Part shown: positions 16,269 through 26,642 of the stretch, in pieces
Position numbering within the stretch: position 1 is the first letter of the stretch
How the letters are laid out: every line of letters starts with the position of its first letter
Assembly (NCBI GenBank): GCA_025464275.1
Contig: JAODGR010000080.1
Span: 1 to 34,025, forward strand
Reading direction: 5' to 3'
DNA length: 34,025 nucleotides
Source: Methanosarcinales archaeon
GTDB taxonomy: Archaea > Halobacteriota > Syntropharchaeia > Alkanophagales > Methanospirareceae
The notes under the pieces: generated by a model
What the model was told of the DNA's origin: nothing
Databases searched by the model: none
The model's input: only the letters and a program-made list of their open reading frames with translations
Translations under genes and position numbers: made by a program

Positions 16269-17645
16269 TTGAGCAGGATGGACCCACGTGTGAGGAAACT
16301 GTACGAAGCGCTCTTCGCACTCGAAGACCTGCGTGAAATCTTCAGAACGGCAGTGCCCGGGTGCGCGGACGAGGATGAGATTGCAGCTGGAGTAGCACGT
16401 GTTGAAGCGATTCTGAATGATTTAAAGGAGCAGAGGAGTAGTTCTCTCAGATACATCACCGACCGGATCGAGCTGAGGACGCGGGAGGAGGAGTACATAA
16501 ATATCAATCCCATACAGCCCGGGGGGCGACTGACGCCGGAAGCGCGTAAAGCGCTCATCGCTTATGGCGATGGGTATTCCATCTGCGACTGGTGTCGCGA
16601 CCTCAGACTGGATAAGATAAGGAGACCGCCGGTGGATGAATTCCATGCAGAACTTGCGGAATTCGTGGGTATGGATGAAGTGCGGGTGGTGCCGGGTGCG
16701 AGGAGAGGCTTTCAGGCTGTCACCTCATCAATACTCGAGAAGGGAGATATTGTGCTCCTCTCAGAATTAGGGCATTATACGGAGTACCTGGCTGTTGAGC
16801 TCGCTGGGGGTGTGGTCAGGGAGGTACCCGCAGGTGAGGCACATATCATCACGGGCGACGCCGTTGCAGAGACCATAGAGGAGGTACAGGCGACAACGGG
16901 TAAGAAGCCAAAACTGCTCATCATTGAGCATTTCGATTACAGTTACGGGAACGAGCACGATGTGCGCGGTATAGGCAGGGTGGCGAGGGAGTACGGAATC
17001 CCGTTCCTCTACAATGGCGCTTATTCTGTGGGCATGGTGCCGGTGAATGGTAAGGAGATAGGAGCTGATTTCGTCGTTGGCTCCGGACATAAGGGTATGG
17101 CGGCAGTTGCTCCTTCTGGACTGCTCGCAACGACCGATGAATGGGCTCCTTGTGTCTTCCGGAGCTCTCATATCTCGGGCAACATCTCAGCCAGGCAATT
17201 TGAGACCAAGGAGCCTGAAATGCTCGGCTGTACACTCATGGGTGCTACTTTACTCTCCATGATGGCTTCTTTCCCACGTATTAAGGAGCGTGTGAAGCAC
17301 TGGGATGAGGAGGTGAAGAAATCGAACTACTTCATTCGCGAGTTCCTCCGTATCGAGGGTAACGCCGTGGCAAGTGAATATCCTCGTAAACACACCCTCT
17401 CCAGGGTTGACACCCGCAACAGCTTCGATAAGGTTGCGCGTACACACAAGCGCCGTGGATTCTTCCTCAGTGATGAGCTGAAGAGGAGGGGTATAATAGG
17501 TGAATTCGCTGGCTCTACACGGGTATGGAAGTTGAACACCTACGGCTTGAGCTGGGAGAGGATACGGTATCTCGCAGATGCGTTCTTAGACATCGCAGAG
17601 AAGTATAACTTGCGGGTCGATCCATGCAGTGCTGGAGCTGGATGA
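16269..17645 (+). CDS. pscS: O-phospho-L-seryl-tRNA:Cys-tRNA synthase (SepCysS) with N-terminal extension
   Basis: ININPIQPGGRLT, DGYSICDWC, GSGHK (PLP lysine), LGCT and KLNTYG. Start at TTG 16269 or ATG 16278. Confidence 0.95.
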   Translation: MSRMDPRVRKLYEALFALEDLREIFRTAVPGCADEDEIAAGVARVEAILNDLKEQRSSSLRYITDRIELRTREEEYININPIQPGGRLTPEARKALIAYGDGYSICDWCRDLRLDKIRRPPVDEFHAELAEFVGMDEVRVVPGARRGFQAVTSSILEKGDIVLLSELGHYTEYLAVELAGGVVREVPAGEAHIITGDAVAETIEEVQATTGKKPKLLIIEHFDYSYGNEHDVRGIGRVAREYGIPFLYNGAYSVGMVPVNGKEIGADFVVGSGHKGMAAVAPSGLLATTDEWAPCVFRSSHISGNISARQFETKEPEMLGCTLMGATLLSMMASFPRIKERVKHWDEEVKKSNYFIREFLRIEGNAVASEYPRKHTLSRVDTRNSFDKVARTHKRRGFFLSDELKRRGIIGEFAGSTRVWKLNTYGLSWERIRYLADAFLDIAEKYNLRVDPCSAGAG

Positions 17646-17681
17646 AGATGAATGAATAGCGCGCGCATTCTTCTCTTATTG

Positions 17682-18341
17682 CTATCTCAGCCTTCTCCAT
17701 GTCTTCACTATCTTGCTCAAGCACTGATTCACAGGATTGCTCAATCTGCCACCGTATCCAATCTCGTTCTTCAGTATCGCCCGCTTCAGGTCTTCATCAC
17801 TTGATGAGTTCGCGTATATGAACGCATTCCCTATCTCCCACCTGAAATGTGCATCACTACCTCCTGTAACTGCCAGCTTATGTCTCATGGCGAATTCCAG
17901 TGCCCTGTCATTGTAGGTCTGGAAGAGGCATCGCGAATTGAATCCCTCCACGCAATCAAAGAACTTCGCATCACCATCCTCAGGGTGGAAGGCGGAGCGC
18001 CGTACTCTATCGAACGGATGCGGCACAACGACGATGCCACCCTGCTCTCTTATCTCCTCGACGACCATCTCAACTTCTATCCTCTCCGCGCCACTCATCA
18101 CCTCCTCATTGAGGAAGAGCCCTATTATCTCACCACGGGTGGTCATTATCTCAGAGCCCACAATCACCTTGAAATCCTCCGTCTCGTACCTCTTCGCTTC
18201 TAATCCACCCTTTATCGTGTTATGGTCTGTTACTGCGATACCAGCAAGTCCCTTCTTCATCCCCTGCTTCACCATCGCCCCGGGCTCGACTATCCCATCA
18301 ATCGAATATTTCGAGTGTGTGTGCAGGTCATACCTCATCAT
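17682..18341 (-). CDS. PHP-domain metal-dependent phosphoesterase
   Basis: DLHTHS, TDHN, GSEI, HPF and GGSDAH motifs. Confidence 0.9.
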   Translation of the reverse strand: MMRYDLHTHSKYSIDGIVEPGAMVKQGMKKGLAGIAVTDHNTIKGGLEAKRYETEDFKVIVGSEIMTTRGEIIGLFLNEEVMSGAERIEVEMVVEEIREQGGIVVVPHPFDRVRRSAFHPEDGDAKFFDCVEGFNSRCLFQTYNDRALEFAMRHKLAVTGGSDAHFRWEIGNAFIYANSSSDEDLKRAILKNEIGYGGRLSNPVNQCLSKIVKTWRRLR

Positions 18342-18462
18342 ACCTCATCTGAACCGATATCATATCCACAGTATCCGCAGGAATGGATAAATATCTATAT
18401 ATTCATCCTTTATCTCTATCTGTCTATCTGTCTAAGTAACAAGTAAGAGTAAGAAGGAAGGA

Positions 18463-20205
18463 GTGGAAATGGGGGAGACAGCGAAGAAGTTAAGCGGTGC
18501 GGAGATAGTGGTGGAGGAACTGAAGAATGAGCGTGTGGAAGTGGCTTTTGGTATACCGGGCGGTGCTCTGCTGGATCTGTACGAGGTGCTCTACCAGGAA
18601 GAGGAGATAAAGCACATCTTAATGCGGCACGAGCAATGTGCGGCGCATGCCGCTGATGGCTATGCACGTGCATCCGGGCGCACGGGTGTCTGTATCGCCA
18701 CTTCCGGTCCCGGTGCCACGAACCTCGTTACCGGACTGGCAACTGCGAATATAGACTCTTCACCCGTCGTCGCATTGACCGGGCAGGTACCCACTTCTGC
18801 CATAGGCACGAACGCATTTCAGGAGTCGAGCACCTTCACCATCACCATGCCCATCACCAAGCATAACTTCCTGGTTACGCGGACGGAAGATTTACCACAG
18901 GTCATTCACAATGCGTTTTACATCGCCAATACGGGTAGGAAAGGGGTTGTCCTGATTGACCTGCCGAAGGATGTGCAGGGTAACAGGGTGGAGGTGGAGT
19001 TGCATCCCAGGACCACCTCTCCTGGCTACAGACCGAATATAAAGCCGAACCAGGTACAGACGAAGAGGGCTGCTGAGGTACTCCTGAATGCGGAACGCCC
19101 GCTCATTCTCGCCGGTGGTGGTGTTATAAGCGCCGGTGCCACCCAGCCCCTGCGTGAGTTAGCCGAATTGCTCGGCGCCGGTGTCGTCACCACACTGATG
19201 GGCAAGGGAGCAATACCAGAGGGGCATCCCCTATCTCTGGGTATGGCAGGTATGCACGGGCATGTCTATGCGAACAGAGCGCTGAATGAATGTGATGCCC
19301 TCCTCGCACTTGGCACACGGTTCAGTGATAGATTGACCGGGTGGCAACTGGACCAGTTCGCACCGGATGCCACGGTGATACATGTGGACGTGGATGCTGC
19401 CGAGATAAACAAGAATTTACCGGTTGATATCCCGATAGTGGGTGATGTAAAGCTCGCACTCCATGATATCCTGAAGTGGCTTGATAAAGCCATCAAGGTG
19501 GATAAGGAGGGCAAGCGGGAGAGTCCGTGGCTACGGCGAATAAAAGAGATGCACTCAGCCTGTGAGGAGTGCATAAAGGATGTATGGAGGGCAGGGTCAT
19601 CAATATCAGATGTTGTAATAAAAGAACTGAGCAATATCCTGGATGGGAATGCCATCGTCACGACCGAGGTGGGGCAGTGCCAGATGTTCGCCGCACACTA
19701 TTACATCACGAAGGAGCCCCGTACATTCATATCCTCCGGTGGACTGGGTACAATGGGTTTCGGGTTCCCGGCAGCGATAGGTGCCAAGGTTGCGGCGCCG
19801 GATAGGCAGGTGGTGGATATCGCGGGTGATGGCAGCTTCCTGATGACCTGCCAGGACCTGGCAACCTGTGTCGAGAATGACATCCCGGTCGTGGTCTGTA
19901 TCTTCGATAACCGGTATCTGGGTATGGTAAGGCAATGGCAGGAGCTCTTCTTTGATAAGCGATACTCACATACGAACCTGGGCGTGACACCCGATTTCGT
20001 CAAGCTGGGCGAGGCTTTTGGATGCTATGCTGAGCGTGTGGAGAAGCCGGAAGAGTTGAAATCGGCATTGAAGAACGCATTTGAGTCGGGCAAGCCCGCA
20101 GTGCTGGACATCATTGTGGGGCGTGAGGATAAAGTACTGCCCATGATCCCACCCGGTGGTGGTATCACCGGTATGATAGGAACGGAGAGATGCAAACGCA
20201 TATAA
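18463..20205 (+). CDS. ilvB: Acetolactate synthase large subunit
   Basis: FGIPGG, RHEQ, TSGPGATN, AFQE, SSGGLGTMGFG and GDGSF..N..LGMVRQWQ (ThDP motif). Start at GTG 18463 or ATG 18469. Confidence 0.97.
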   Translation: MEMGETAKKLSGAEIVVEELKNERVEVAFGIPGGALLDLYEVLYQEEEIKHILMRHEQCAAHAADGYARASGRTGVCIATSGPGATNLVTGLATANIDSSPVVALTGQVPTSAIGTNAFQESSTFTITMPITKHNFLVTRTEDLPQVIHNAFYIANTGRKGVVLIDLPKDVQGNRVEVELHPRTTSPGYRPNIKPNQVQTKRAAEVLLNAERPLILAGGGVISAGATQPLRELAELLGAGVVTTLMGKGAIPEGHPLSLGMAGMHGHVYANRALNECDALLALGTRFSDRLTGWQLDQFAPDATVIHVDVDAAEINKNLPVDIPIVGDVKLALHDILKWLDKAIKVDKEGKRESPWLRRIKEMHSACEECIKDVWRAGSSISDVVIKELSNILDGNAIVTTEVGQCQMFAAHYYITKEPRTFISSGGLGTMGFGFPAAIGAKVAAPDRQVVDIAGDGSFLMTCQDLATCVENDIPVVVCIFDNRYLGMVRQWQELFFDKRYSHTNLGVTPDFVKLGEAFGCYAERVEKPEELKSALKNAFESGKPAVLDIIVGREDKVLPMIPPGGGITGMIGTERCKRI

Positions 20206-20669
20206 TATCGCTATTGGTGGAGGATAATCCAGGAGTGCTGACACGGCTATCGGGGATGTTCACCATGCGAGGCATAAATATCTCCTCACTCACTGTATCA
20301 CCGTGTGAGAAGAGTGGTTTATCGAGGATGACGGTGACCATAAAGGGCTCGGAGGCGGAATTAGAGAAGGTGAGGAAACAGCTGAGCAACCTGATAGAAG
20401 TGATAAAGGTGGTGGATTTGAAGGATAACGAAGCGGTCATCCGCGACCTCTGCCTCGTGAAGGTACATACGAGGGATGCAGAGGCACGTACAGAGGTGAT
20501 GCAGCTGAGTGAATCCTACGGCGCCAGGATAGTCGATGCCTCACTCGAGTCGGTAATACTGGAACTCGCAGATGAGCCTGAGAGGATAGAACGATTTGTG
20601 GAATTAATGAAGCACTTCGGGATAAAACAGCTATTCAGAACCGGTATTACCGCAATTAAACGCGACTAA
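20190..20669 (+). CDS. ilvH: Acetolactate synthase small regulatory subunit
   Basis: ACT domain [37 protein letters not shown] and RTG; coupled to ilvB. Confidence 0.95.
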   Translation: MQTHIISLLVEDNPGVLTRLSGMFTMRGINISSLTVSPCEKSGLSRMTVTIKGSEAELEKVRKQLSNLIEVIKVVDLKDNEAVIRDLCLVKVHTRDAEARTEVMQLSESYGARIVDASLESVILELADEPERIERFVELMKHFGIKQLFRTGITAIKRD

Positions 20670-21079
20670 GTACCAAAACCGAGTATGCGAATGGCGAGCA
20701 GAGCTGCGTTCTCTCCATTATCTATACCCACCACAGCCACGGGTACGCCGGCAGGCATCTGCACCATGGATAATAGCGCATCAATCCCGAGTAGCTTACC
20801 ACTCACCGGCACCCCGATGACCGGCTTATCGGTCTTTGCCGCTATTATTCCCGGTAATGCAGCAGATAGTCCCGCAATTGCAATCACCACCCGGACCGAA
20901 TCATCCCTCACCTTCTCTCTCAGGTATCTGTCCAGCACTTCAGGCTCACGATGTGCCGAGATCACTCGCAGCTCGTATGGTATCTTATGCTCTTCCAGTA
21001 CCTTCACCGCCTTCTCCGCTACTGCCCTGTCACTCTCTGAGCCCATTATGATAGCCACGGTGCCTGTGCCCTCAGCCAT
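20666..21079 (-). CDS. purE: N5-CAIR mutase / AIR carboxylase catalytic subunit
   Basis: [27 protein letters not shown] and [14 protein letters not shown] motifs. Confidence 0.95.
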   Translation of the reverse strand: MAEGTGTVAIIMGSESDRAVAEKAVKVLEEHKIPYELRVISAHREPEVLDRYLREKVRDDSVRVVIAIAGLSAALPGIIAAKTDKPVIGVPVSGKLLGIDALLSMVQMPAGVPVAVVGIDNGENAALLAIRILGFGT

Positions 21080-21104
21080 CCCCTCATCTCACTCCTTCAT
21101 CCCT

Positions 21105-22088
21105 TCATCCCTTCATCTTCTCTTCTATCACACAAGTGAACTCCTCGGGGTCTCTTATCCTCTTCAACTCCTCCTTCTCCATCAGTACGGTGTGGTCTAC
21201 CTGGACCTGCTTGACATTACCGTTGACCACGAAGACCGAATGAGTCTTCGTCACCGTGGATAGACTGCTGAGAATCCTCGCCCTCTTTATCAGTTGACGT
21301 GTGTATTTACTTATCCCAGTGAGAATACGCACACTCTTGCTTCCTTCTCTCGAACTCGTCTGCAGGAGTGAAACGGCATTGAAAGGTGCATGCGCGGTTG
21401 TGAAGATCTCAAAGCCTATCTCCTCCATCTTACCCAGTATGTACCGCTCAAGGCTCGAAGTTGCATCCTCTATCCCGGGTTCTGTCATCTCGGGAGATAA
21501 AGATTCCTCCAGCTCCTCTGCCTGTGTTATGAACTCCAGCGGCTCTATCAATGAGGTACCCAGAATCTCCTCCAGCTTCAATGCTATCTCGATGGTGGTG
21601 CTCACTCTCCCCTCCTCGTACTTGCTCACACTCCGCCTGGAAACGCCCAGTGAGGAGGCGATATCACCGAGTGAGAGGCTCTTCTTCTCACGCGCTATCC
21701 GTATCAGCTCCCCATTCAGGTTCACGTATAAGCCACCGGTTGCTGAATATACATAGGGGTGCATTCCGGTGATGAAGTAATTGTAGAGTGTATTCGTGTT
21801 TATGGCTGGTATCCCGTATCTGTGATAGATGACATCGTCTTCCATGAACGAACTGCCCCTTCTCACACCCACAACGATGGGTGAGGCGAGTAATGAGAAT
21901 GCAGCACGCTTCAGACTCCTCGCTATCTCCTCGTCCAGCCCGTCTATATTGTACAGCGCCTTCACCAGCAGGATTAAGTCCCCACTCCGGGCTGCAAGGT
22001 CAAAGCTCCTTGCACTGCATCTCCGGGATACGATGAAACCCGCCTCCTTCAGTATCTCGGTTATCCGCGTCAGTAATTCGTTCTTCAT
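21105..22088 (-). CDS. Archaeal HTH transcriptional regulator (COG1395-like, Cro/C1 HTH)
   Basis: SFDLAAR..LLVK N-terminal domain, GGLYV, and central HTH AREKKSLSLGDIASSLGVSRRSVSKYE. Confidence 0.85.
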   Translation of the reverse strand: MKNELLTRITEILKEAGFIVSRRCSARSFDLAARSGDLILLVKALYNIDGLDEEIARSLKRAAFSLLASPIVVGVRRGSSFMEDDVIYHRYGIPAINTNTLYNYFITGMHPYVYSATGGLYVNLNGELIRIAREKKSLSLGDIASSLGVSRRSVSKYEEGRVSTTIEIALKLEEILGTSLIEPLEFITQAEELEESLSPEMTEPGIEDATSSLERYILGKMEEIGFEIFTTAHAPFNAVSLLQTSSREGSKSVRILTGISKYTRQLIKRARILSSLSTVTKTHSVFVVNGNVKQVQVDHTVLMEKEELKRIRDPEEFTCVIEEKMKG

Positions 22089-22097
22089 CTCTCCTGC

Positions 22098-22922
22098 TCA
22101 TCCCATCTCTCTACTCCGTCTCGTCGCTTCTATCACCGCATCCATCATCGCTGCTCTCACCGCTCGCGACTCCATCGTATGCAAGCCCCTTATCGTGGTG
22201 CCACCCGGTGACGCGGTCATCGCCTTTATAGTGGCGGGGCTCTCACCTGCGAGAATCAGTCGTGCCGCACCAAGTGCGGTCTTTGCTGCGATGGTGAGTG
22301 CGGAATCTCGTGGCAAACCTTCATACACGCCCGCATCTGCCATGGCATCTATCACCTCGGCGAAGAATGCTATGCCACTGCCACTGAGTCCTGTTATCAC
22401 ATCCATCTCCTTCTCGTCCACGTGGTAAACCGAGCCAATAGCACTCATAATCTCAGCTGCGAGCTCTTCATCCTCTGATACTGCGTTACTGCCGCTGCAT
22501 AGTGCCGAGACGGATTCACCCACCCTCGCCCCTATATTTGGCATGGCTCTTATCACCCTCACTCTCCGCCCTGAGCCTGAGTCGGCGAGGTATCGCTCCA
22601 ACTCGCCCGTAGACACGCCCGCAGCCACGGATATCAGTAGCTTGTCCTCCATGAACGGCGCTATCGCTCCCAGAACCCCGCTCACATCCCTGGGTTTAAC
22701 TGCCAGAATCAGTATCTCCGACTTCTTCGCCAGCTCCTCGTTGCTGCTGCATATCTCCACCCTCGGATTCGCCGCAAATGCACTGAGACTCTCACGTCTC
22801 ACGTCTGCTATCAAAAACTGAGCGTCTTCGATCTCGCTCAGTAGACCACGGAGAATGGAAGAGCCTATATTGCCAATGCCTATGATTCCTATCCTCTTAC
22901 CCTCTATCTTCGCCCTGCTCAT
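22098..22922 (-). CDS. proC: Pyrroline-5-carboxylate reductase
   Basis: IGIGNIG, LAVKP, SVAAG, RAMPN, TGLSGSG and SPGGTTI motifs. Confidence 0.96.
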   Translation of the reverse strand: MSRAKIEGKRIGIIGIGNIGSSILRGLLSEIEDAQFLIADVRRESLSAFAANPRVEICSSNEELAKKSEILILAVKPRDVSGVLGAIAPFMEDKLLISVAAGVSTGELERYLADSGSGRRVRVIRAMPNIGARVGESVSALCSGSNAVSEDEELAAEIMSAIGSVYHVDEKEMDVITGLSGSGIAFFAEVIDAMADAGVYEGLPRDSALTIAAKTALGAARLILAGESPATIKAMTASPGGTTIRGLHTMESRAVRAAMMDAVIEATRRSREMG

Positions 22923-23143
22923 TCCTTCATGGGGTTTATAAGCACCACGTTGTTACCTCGTACCACAACAGAGCCGAGCAGTCGCTTCCTCTCACCATCC
23001 TGGAGCTCGTTCACTGCACTCAGGTATAAATTCAGGTAGTCATCCACGCTTCTCAGAACCCCCTCCAGCACACTCTTCTCACCCTTCATCTCTACATGTA
23101 CCTTCTTCCCTATCATACCCTGAACCCTTTTACTGGGGAACAT
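22919..23143 (-). CDS. LSm/Sm-like RNA-binding protein (SmAP2-like)
   Basis: Sm1 motif LEGVLRSVDDYLNLYL and Sm2 motif LGSVVVRGNNVVLI. Confidence 0.9.
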   Translation of the reverse strand: MFPSKRVQGMIGKKVHVEMKGEKSVLEGVLRSVDDYLNLYLSAVNELQDGERKRLLGSVVVRGNNVVLINPMKE

Positions 23144-23241
23144 GCTCCACCTCTACCATTTCTAAATTTCTATTTCCCTTATTTAAAAGAAAAGGGGAAG
23201 GGAAAGGGAGGGAAGGAGAGGACCGGGAGATGAGATCATGA

Positions 23242-24573
23242 ATGATGCGTCATGAGCTGGTGGTGGAGGGGAGGGTGGTGAATCCATGGGCGGTACATGA
23301 TACTGCCCAGATAGGGATAGACGGAGGGTTAATAACCGAGATAAAGAAGCAGGGTTTACAGGGCGAGAGGATGATAGAATTACCGGTTAAATGCCTGATT
23401 TTCCCCGGCTTCATCGACCTCCATGCGCATCTCAGGGAGGACAGCAGCGGTGGGTGGAACTATAAAGAGGACTTCAGGTCTGGCTCCGCAGCCGCACTCC
23501 ATGGCGGCGTTACCACCCTGGTGGATATGCCAAATACACCACTGCCAGGGGTGAATGCGGAACGATTGAGGTTGAAGAAGGAGCTTGCTCGCTCGAAATC
23601 CGAGCTTGATATCTTCTTCTACGGCGCTATTACCGGTACCAACATTGAGCATGTGGCTGATATGAGTAAAGAGGCGATAGGTTACAAGCTCTTCCTTGCT
23701 GACGGGCTATCATTGCATGAGTCGGAGCTACCGGAGGCATTCAGAGCAATTGAAGCTACCTCAAGACCCGCTGTGGTGCATTGTGAGGACCAGGAGCTGA
23801 TAGAAGAGCGTAGAGCCGAGTTGGAAGTGGTGGGGCTGAAGGCAGCGGGGGATGAGGACCTCCATTCCTGGCTCCGACCTCCACAGGCTGAACTGGCTGC
23901 GGTAAAAAAGGTTCTGAACTCCTATGGCATGAGCGATAGGCACAGGCTCAGGATTGACATCGCCCATATCTCGGTTTATGACTCACTGGTGCTGATAAGG
24001 TGCGCGGGTGGAAGTGCAGCTGGGGTTCACTGTGAGGTGACACCACACCATCTCTTCTTCAACAGGGAAGACCTGAGCGAGAGGAAGGGTTTTTTAAAGA
24101 CGAACCCGCCATTAAGAGGTGAAACAGACAGGTGTCAATTGCTGGATGCATTTAAAAGGGGCGAGATAGACTTCCTTGTGAGTGACCATGCCCCGCACAC
24201 GGTGGAGGAGAAGGCACTCGACCTCCCTGATGCCCCCGCCGGCGTTCCCAATCTCGATACCTTCGGCAACTTCGTTGCATGGCTCATATTCTCCCGCGGG
24301 GTCAATCCAGCACTTGTATCGAGGGTATGCGCGTATAATCCCGCGAAGTTCCTCGGGCTACGGGATAGGGGGAGCATAGAGGTGGGTAAGCGAGCGAACC
24401 TGACAATATTAGAGCATAGAAGTGTGAAGGTCTCCTCTGAGCAGTTGAAGACGAAATGTGGCTGGTCACCCTTTGAAGGCTTTGAATTCCCCGGTACAGT
24501 CAGGTATACGGTCGTCAATGGAGAGCCATTCTCCTTCACGGGCGGCGTCACAGCAACTTCAGATGCCCCGTGA
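23242..24573 (+). CDS. pyrC: Dihydroorotase
   Basis: [44 protein letters not shown] and KCGWSPFEG. Confidence 0.92.
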   Translation: MMRHELVVEGRVVNPWAVHDTAQIGIDGGLITEIKKQGLQGERMIELPVKCLIFPGFIDLHAHLREDSSGGWNYKEDFRSGSAAALHGGVTTLVDMPNTPLPGVNAERLRLKKELARSKSELDIFFYGAITGTNIEHVADMSKEAIGYKLFLADGLSLHESELPEAFRAIEATSRPAVVHCEDQELIEERRAELEVVGLKAAGDEDLHSWLRPPQAELAAVKKVLNSYGMSDRHRLRIDIAHISVYDSLVLIRCAGGSAAGVHCEVTPHHLFFNREDLSERKGFLKTNPPLRGETDRCQLLDAFKRGEIDFLVSDHAPHTVEEKALDLPDAPAGVPNLDTFGNFVAWLIFSRGVNPALVSRVCAYNPAKFLGLRDRGSIEVGKRANLTILEHRSVKVSSEQLKTKCGWSPFEGFEFPGTVRYTVVNGEPFSFTGGVTATSDAP

Positions 24574-24916
24574 CTCTGTCCACCGCTTCGGCACTTGCGG
24601 GTCCTATCCCGAGCGCGGTCACCGTTCCCGGGGGGACTTCGGTCAGCCCGGCATCTTCCACAACAGCGCATGGCAATCCGAGCATCTCCGCCTTTTCTCT
24701 CAGTTCTTTCAGTTCCTCAAGGCTGTTCACCTTCAGTACCACCTTCTTCTGACCCTGCCCCTTCCATCTCTCCCTGTCACGTCTCGAGGCGAGTTCGTAG
24801 CCCAGTATGGAGGCATGAGCAGCCTGTACAGCTATTTTACCCTTCGTGAGCTTTAAATCCGCCCTGATGACTATGCACTGCTTATACTCCTTCGCCGGTT
24901 CCGATTCTGATTCCAT
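24548..24916 (-). CDS. pth2: Peptidyl-tRNA hydrolase Pth2
   Basis: [49 protein letters not shown] and TGHLKLL. Confidence 0.96.
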   Translation of the reverse strand: MESESEPAKEYKQCIVIRADLKLTKGKIAVQAAHASILGYELASRRDRERWKGQGQKKVVLKVNSLEELKELREKAEMLGLPCAVVEDAGLTEVPPGTVTALGIGPASAEAVDRVTGHLKLL

Positions 24917-25041
24917 ATGGTCTGGATATGGACGTTATATTTATCTTACCCTTATCCGGGGTTTATTTTTTTATGGGTGAGGGGGATGGCGAGGGGGAGT
25001 GGAGTAGAAACAAAACATATTTATATTATTTCATGATGTAT

Positions 25042-25058
25042 AGAAAGTTTTATATACC
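25042..25058 (+). promoter_or_regulatory. BRE/TATA promoter of ftsZ
   Basis: AGAAAGTTTTATATAC about 35 nt upstream of the ORF start. Confidence 0.65.
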
Positions 25059-25090
25059 CACCCCTTCCTTAGAATTTCTGGTGAAGAAGA

Positions 25091-26206
25091 ATGAAAGGGG
25101 ATATAGTAGAATATATGCCCATGCGTGAGGCAGAGACAGGGGATGACGAATTGTTCGGCGTGCCGAAGCTCGCCATCGTGGGCGTCGGTGGTGCAGGGAA
25201 CAATTCAATGAACAGATTGGAGCTGCTTGGTGGTCTGGAAGGTGTGGATAGGATAGCCATAAATACAGACAAGCTGCATCTGGACACGATAAAGTGCGAG
25301 AAGAAGCTCCTGATCGGGAAGTCCCTCACACACGGACTGGGAGCTGGTGGCTCGCCGGAGGTGGGGAGGAAAGCAGCAGAGATGGACAAGGAGAAGCTGA
25401 GAGAGCTGGTAACCGGCAAGAACTTCGTGTTCCTGACCGCAGGAATGGGTGGAGGGACAGGCACGGGTGCTTCACCCGTAGTTGCTGAGATAGCGAGGGA
25501 GGAGGGAGCAATTGTGGTTGCTATGGTCTCTTTCCCGTTCGCTGCGGAGCGGAGGAGGAGGATGAGAGCAGCAGAGGGGATAGAAGAGCTGAGGAAGTCA
25601 ACGGATACCGTTATCGTGCTGGAGAACGACAAGTTGCTGGAGCATGCGGGTGATAAGCCGGTGAACGAGGCATTTAAGGTGATGGACATGCTCATCGCCA
25701 CCACGATCCAGGGGATTACAGAGACGATAACGAAACCCTCGCTCGTTAACCTCGACTTCGCCGACCTGACCGCGGTGATGGCTGAGGGTGGTGTTGCAGT
25801 GATGCTCGTAGGCGAGACTACGAAATCAGATAACAAGCCAGAGGCAGTCGTTGCTGATGCACTCAGTCACCCGCTGCTGGAAGCGGACTACCAGGGTGCG
25901 AAAGGTGCTCTTATCCATATAACCGGTGGTGAGGACCTGCAGCTGAAAGAGACGAACGATATCGTGGAGCTGCTCACATACGACCTGAATCCAGATGCGA
26001 ATGTGATATGGGGTGCGCGCATAAATGAGGATTTCGATGGTAGAGTGAGAGTAACAGCGATATTGACCGGAGTGGAGCCGAAATGGGTGTTTGGCGGGAA
26101 GTACAGCCAGAAGGATGTGAATACCAGCGCTTCGGCGCGGGGCAGGACCAGGAACGGGAACGGGAACAGGATCGAGAGCCTTATACCCATCATCGGGAGT
26201 AACTGA
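25091..26206 (+). CDS. ftsZ: Cell division protein FtsZ
   Basis: GVGGAGNN, NTD, GLGAG, tubulin signature GMGGGTGTG and T7 loop NLDFAD. Confidence 0.97.
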   Translation: MKGDIVEYMPMREAETGDDELFGVPKLAIVGVGGAGNNSMNRLELLGGLEGVDRIAINTDKLHLDTIKCEKKLLIGKSLTHGLGAGGSPEVGRKAAEMDKEKLRELVTGKNFVFLTAGMGGGTGTGASPVVAEIAREEGAIVVAMVSFPFAAERRRRMRAAEGIEELRKSTDTVIVLENDKLLEHAGDKPVNEAFKVMDMLIATTIQGITETITKPSLVNLDFADLTAVMAEGGVAVMLVGETTKSDNKPEAVVADALSHPLLEADYQGAKGALIHITGGEDLQLKETNDIVELLTYDLNPDANVIWGARINEDFDGRVRVTAILTGVEPKWVFGGKYSQKDVNTSASARGRTRNGNGNRIESLIPIIGSN

Positions 26207-26258
26207 GGGGACCACCACTTTATTTCCCCCTCACCCCTCCCGCTCCGCTCCACTCCAC

Positions 26259-26287
26259 TCTTTCTCTTCCTCTTTTTTTTATTTATG
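26259..26287 (+). terminator. Pyrimidine/oligo-T tract: probable ftsZ terminator, overlapping the putative rnpB TATA box
   Basis: tctttctcttcctcttttttttatttat lies about 55 nt after the ftsZ stop and about 25 nt before the RNase P RNA 5' end. Confidence 0.5.
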
Positions 26288-26308
26288 CTCCAGGAGCTTA
26301 TTCATTAA

Positions 26309-26594
26309 TAGGAGGAGAGAGGAAGGGCAGCTGCCGGTCTTCGCTTCGAAGGCTGAGGAAAGTCCCCCCACCATAAAAACACGAATGCCGAGAGGGCATA
26401 AGGCGAGAGTCTTGGCTCTGGTATAGAAACGATACCGCGCCATACCTACATGCGATGATTCCGTGAGGATGAGGTCGTATGGTGGCGGATGGAACGACCA
26501 ACCTCGTGGGTGCAAGCCCGTATCCCGTTAAGGGATGGGCGCATAGATAAATGCTGCGGAAACAGAAGGGGGCTTACTCTCCTCACTCCTCCTA
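26309..26594 (+). ncRNA. rnpB: Archaeal RNase P RNA
   Basis: CR-I GAGGAAAGTCC, CR-V AACAGAAGGGGGCTTA, P1 TAGGAGGAGAGAGGA/TCCTCACTCCTCCTA, P2 GCAGC/GCTGC, GGGTGCAAG, AGATAAAT, and a K-turn-like GATGA..GTGA..GA in P12. Confidence 0.95.
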
Positions 26595-26642
26595 AAAAAT
26601 CACCTCCTTCACGCTACACAGCAGACAACAGACAACAGAGAT

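Noticed and set aside
16255..17670. Selenocysteine or pyrrolysine read-through at the stops of the frhB-like gene and pscS
   Set aside because: Both proteins are complete and further in-frame stops follow immediately.
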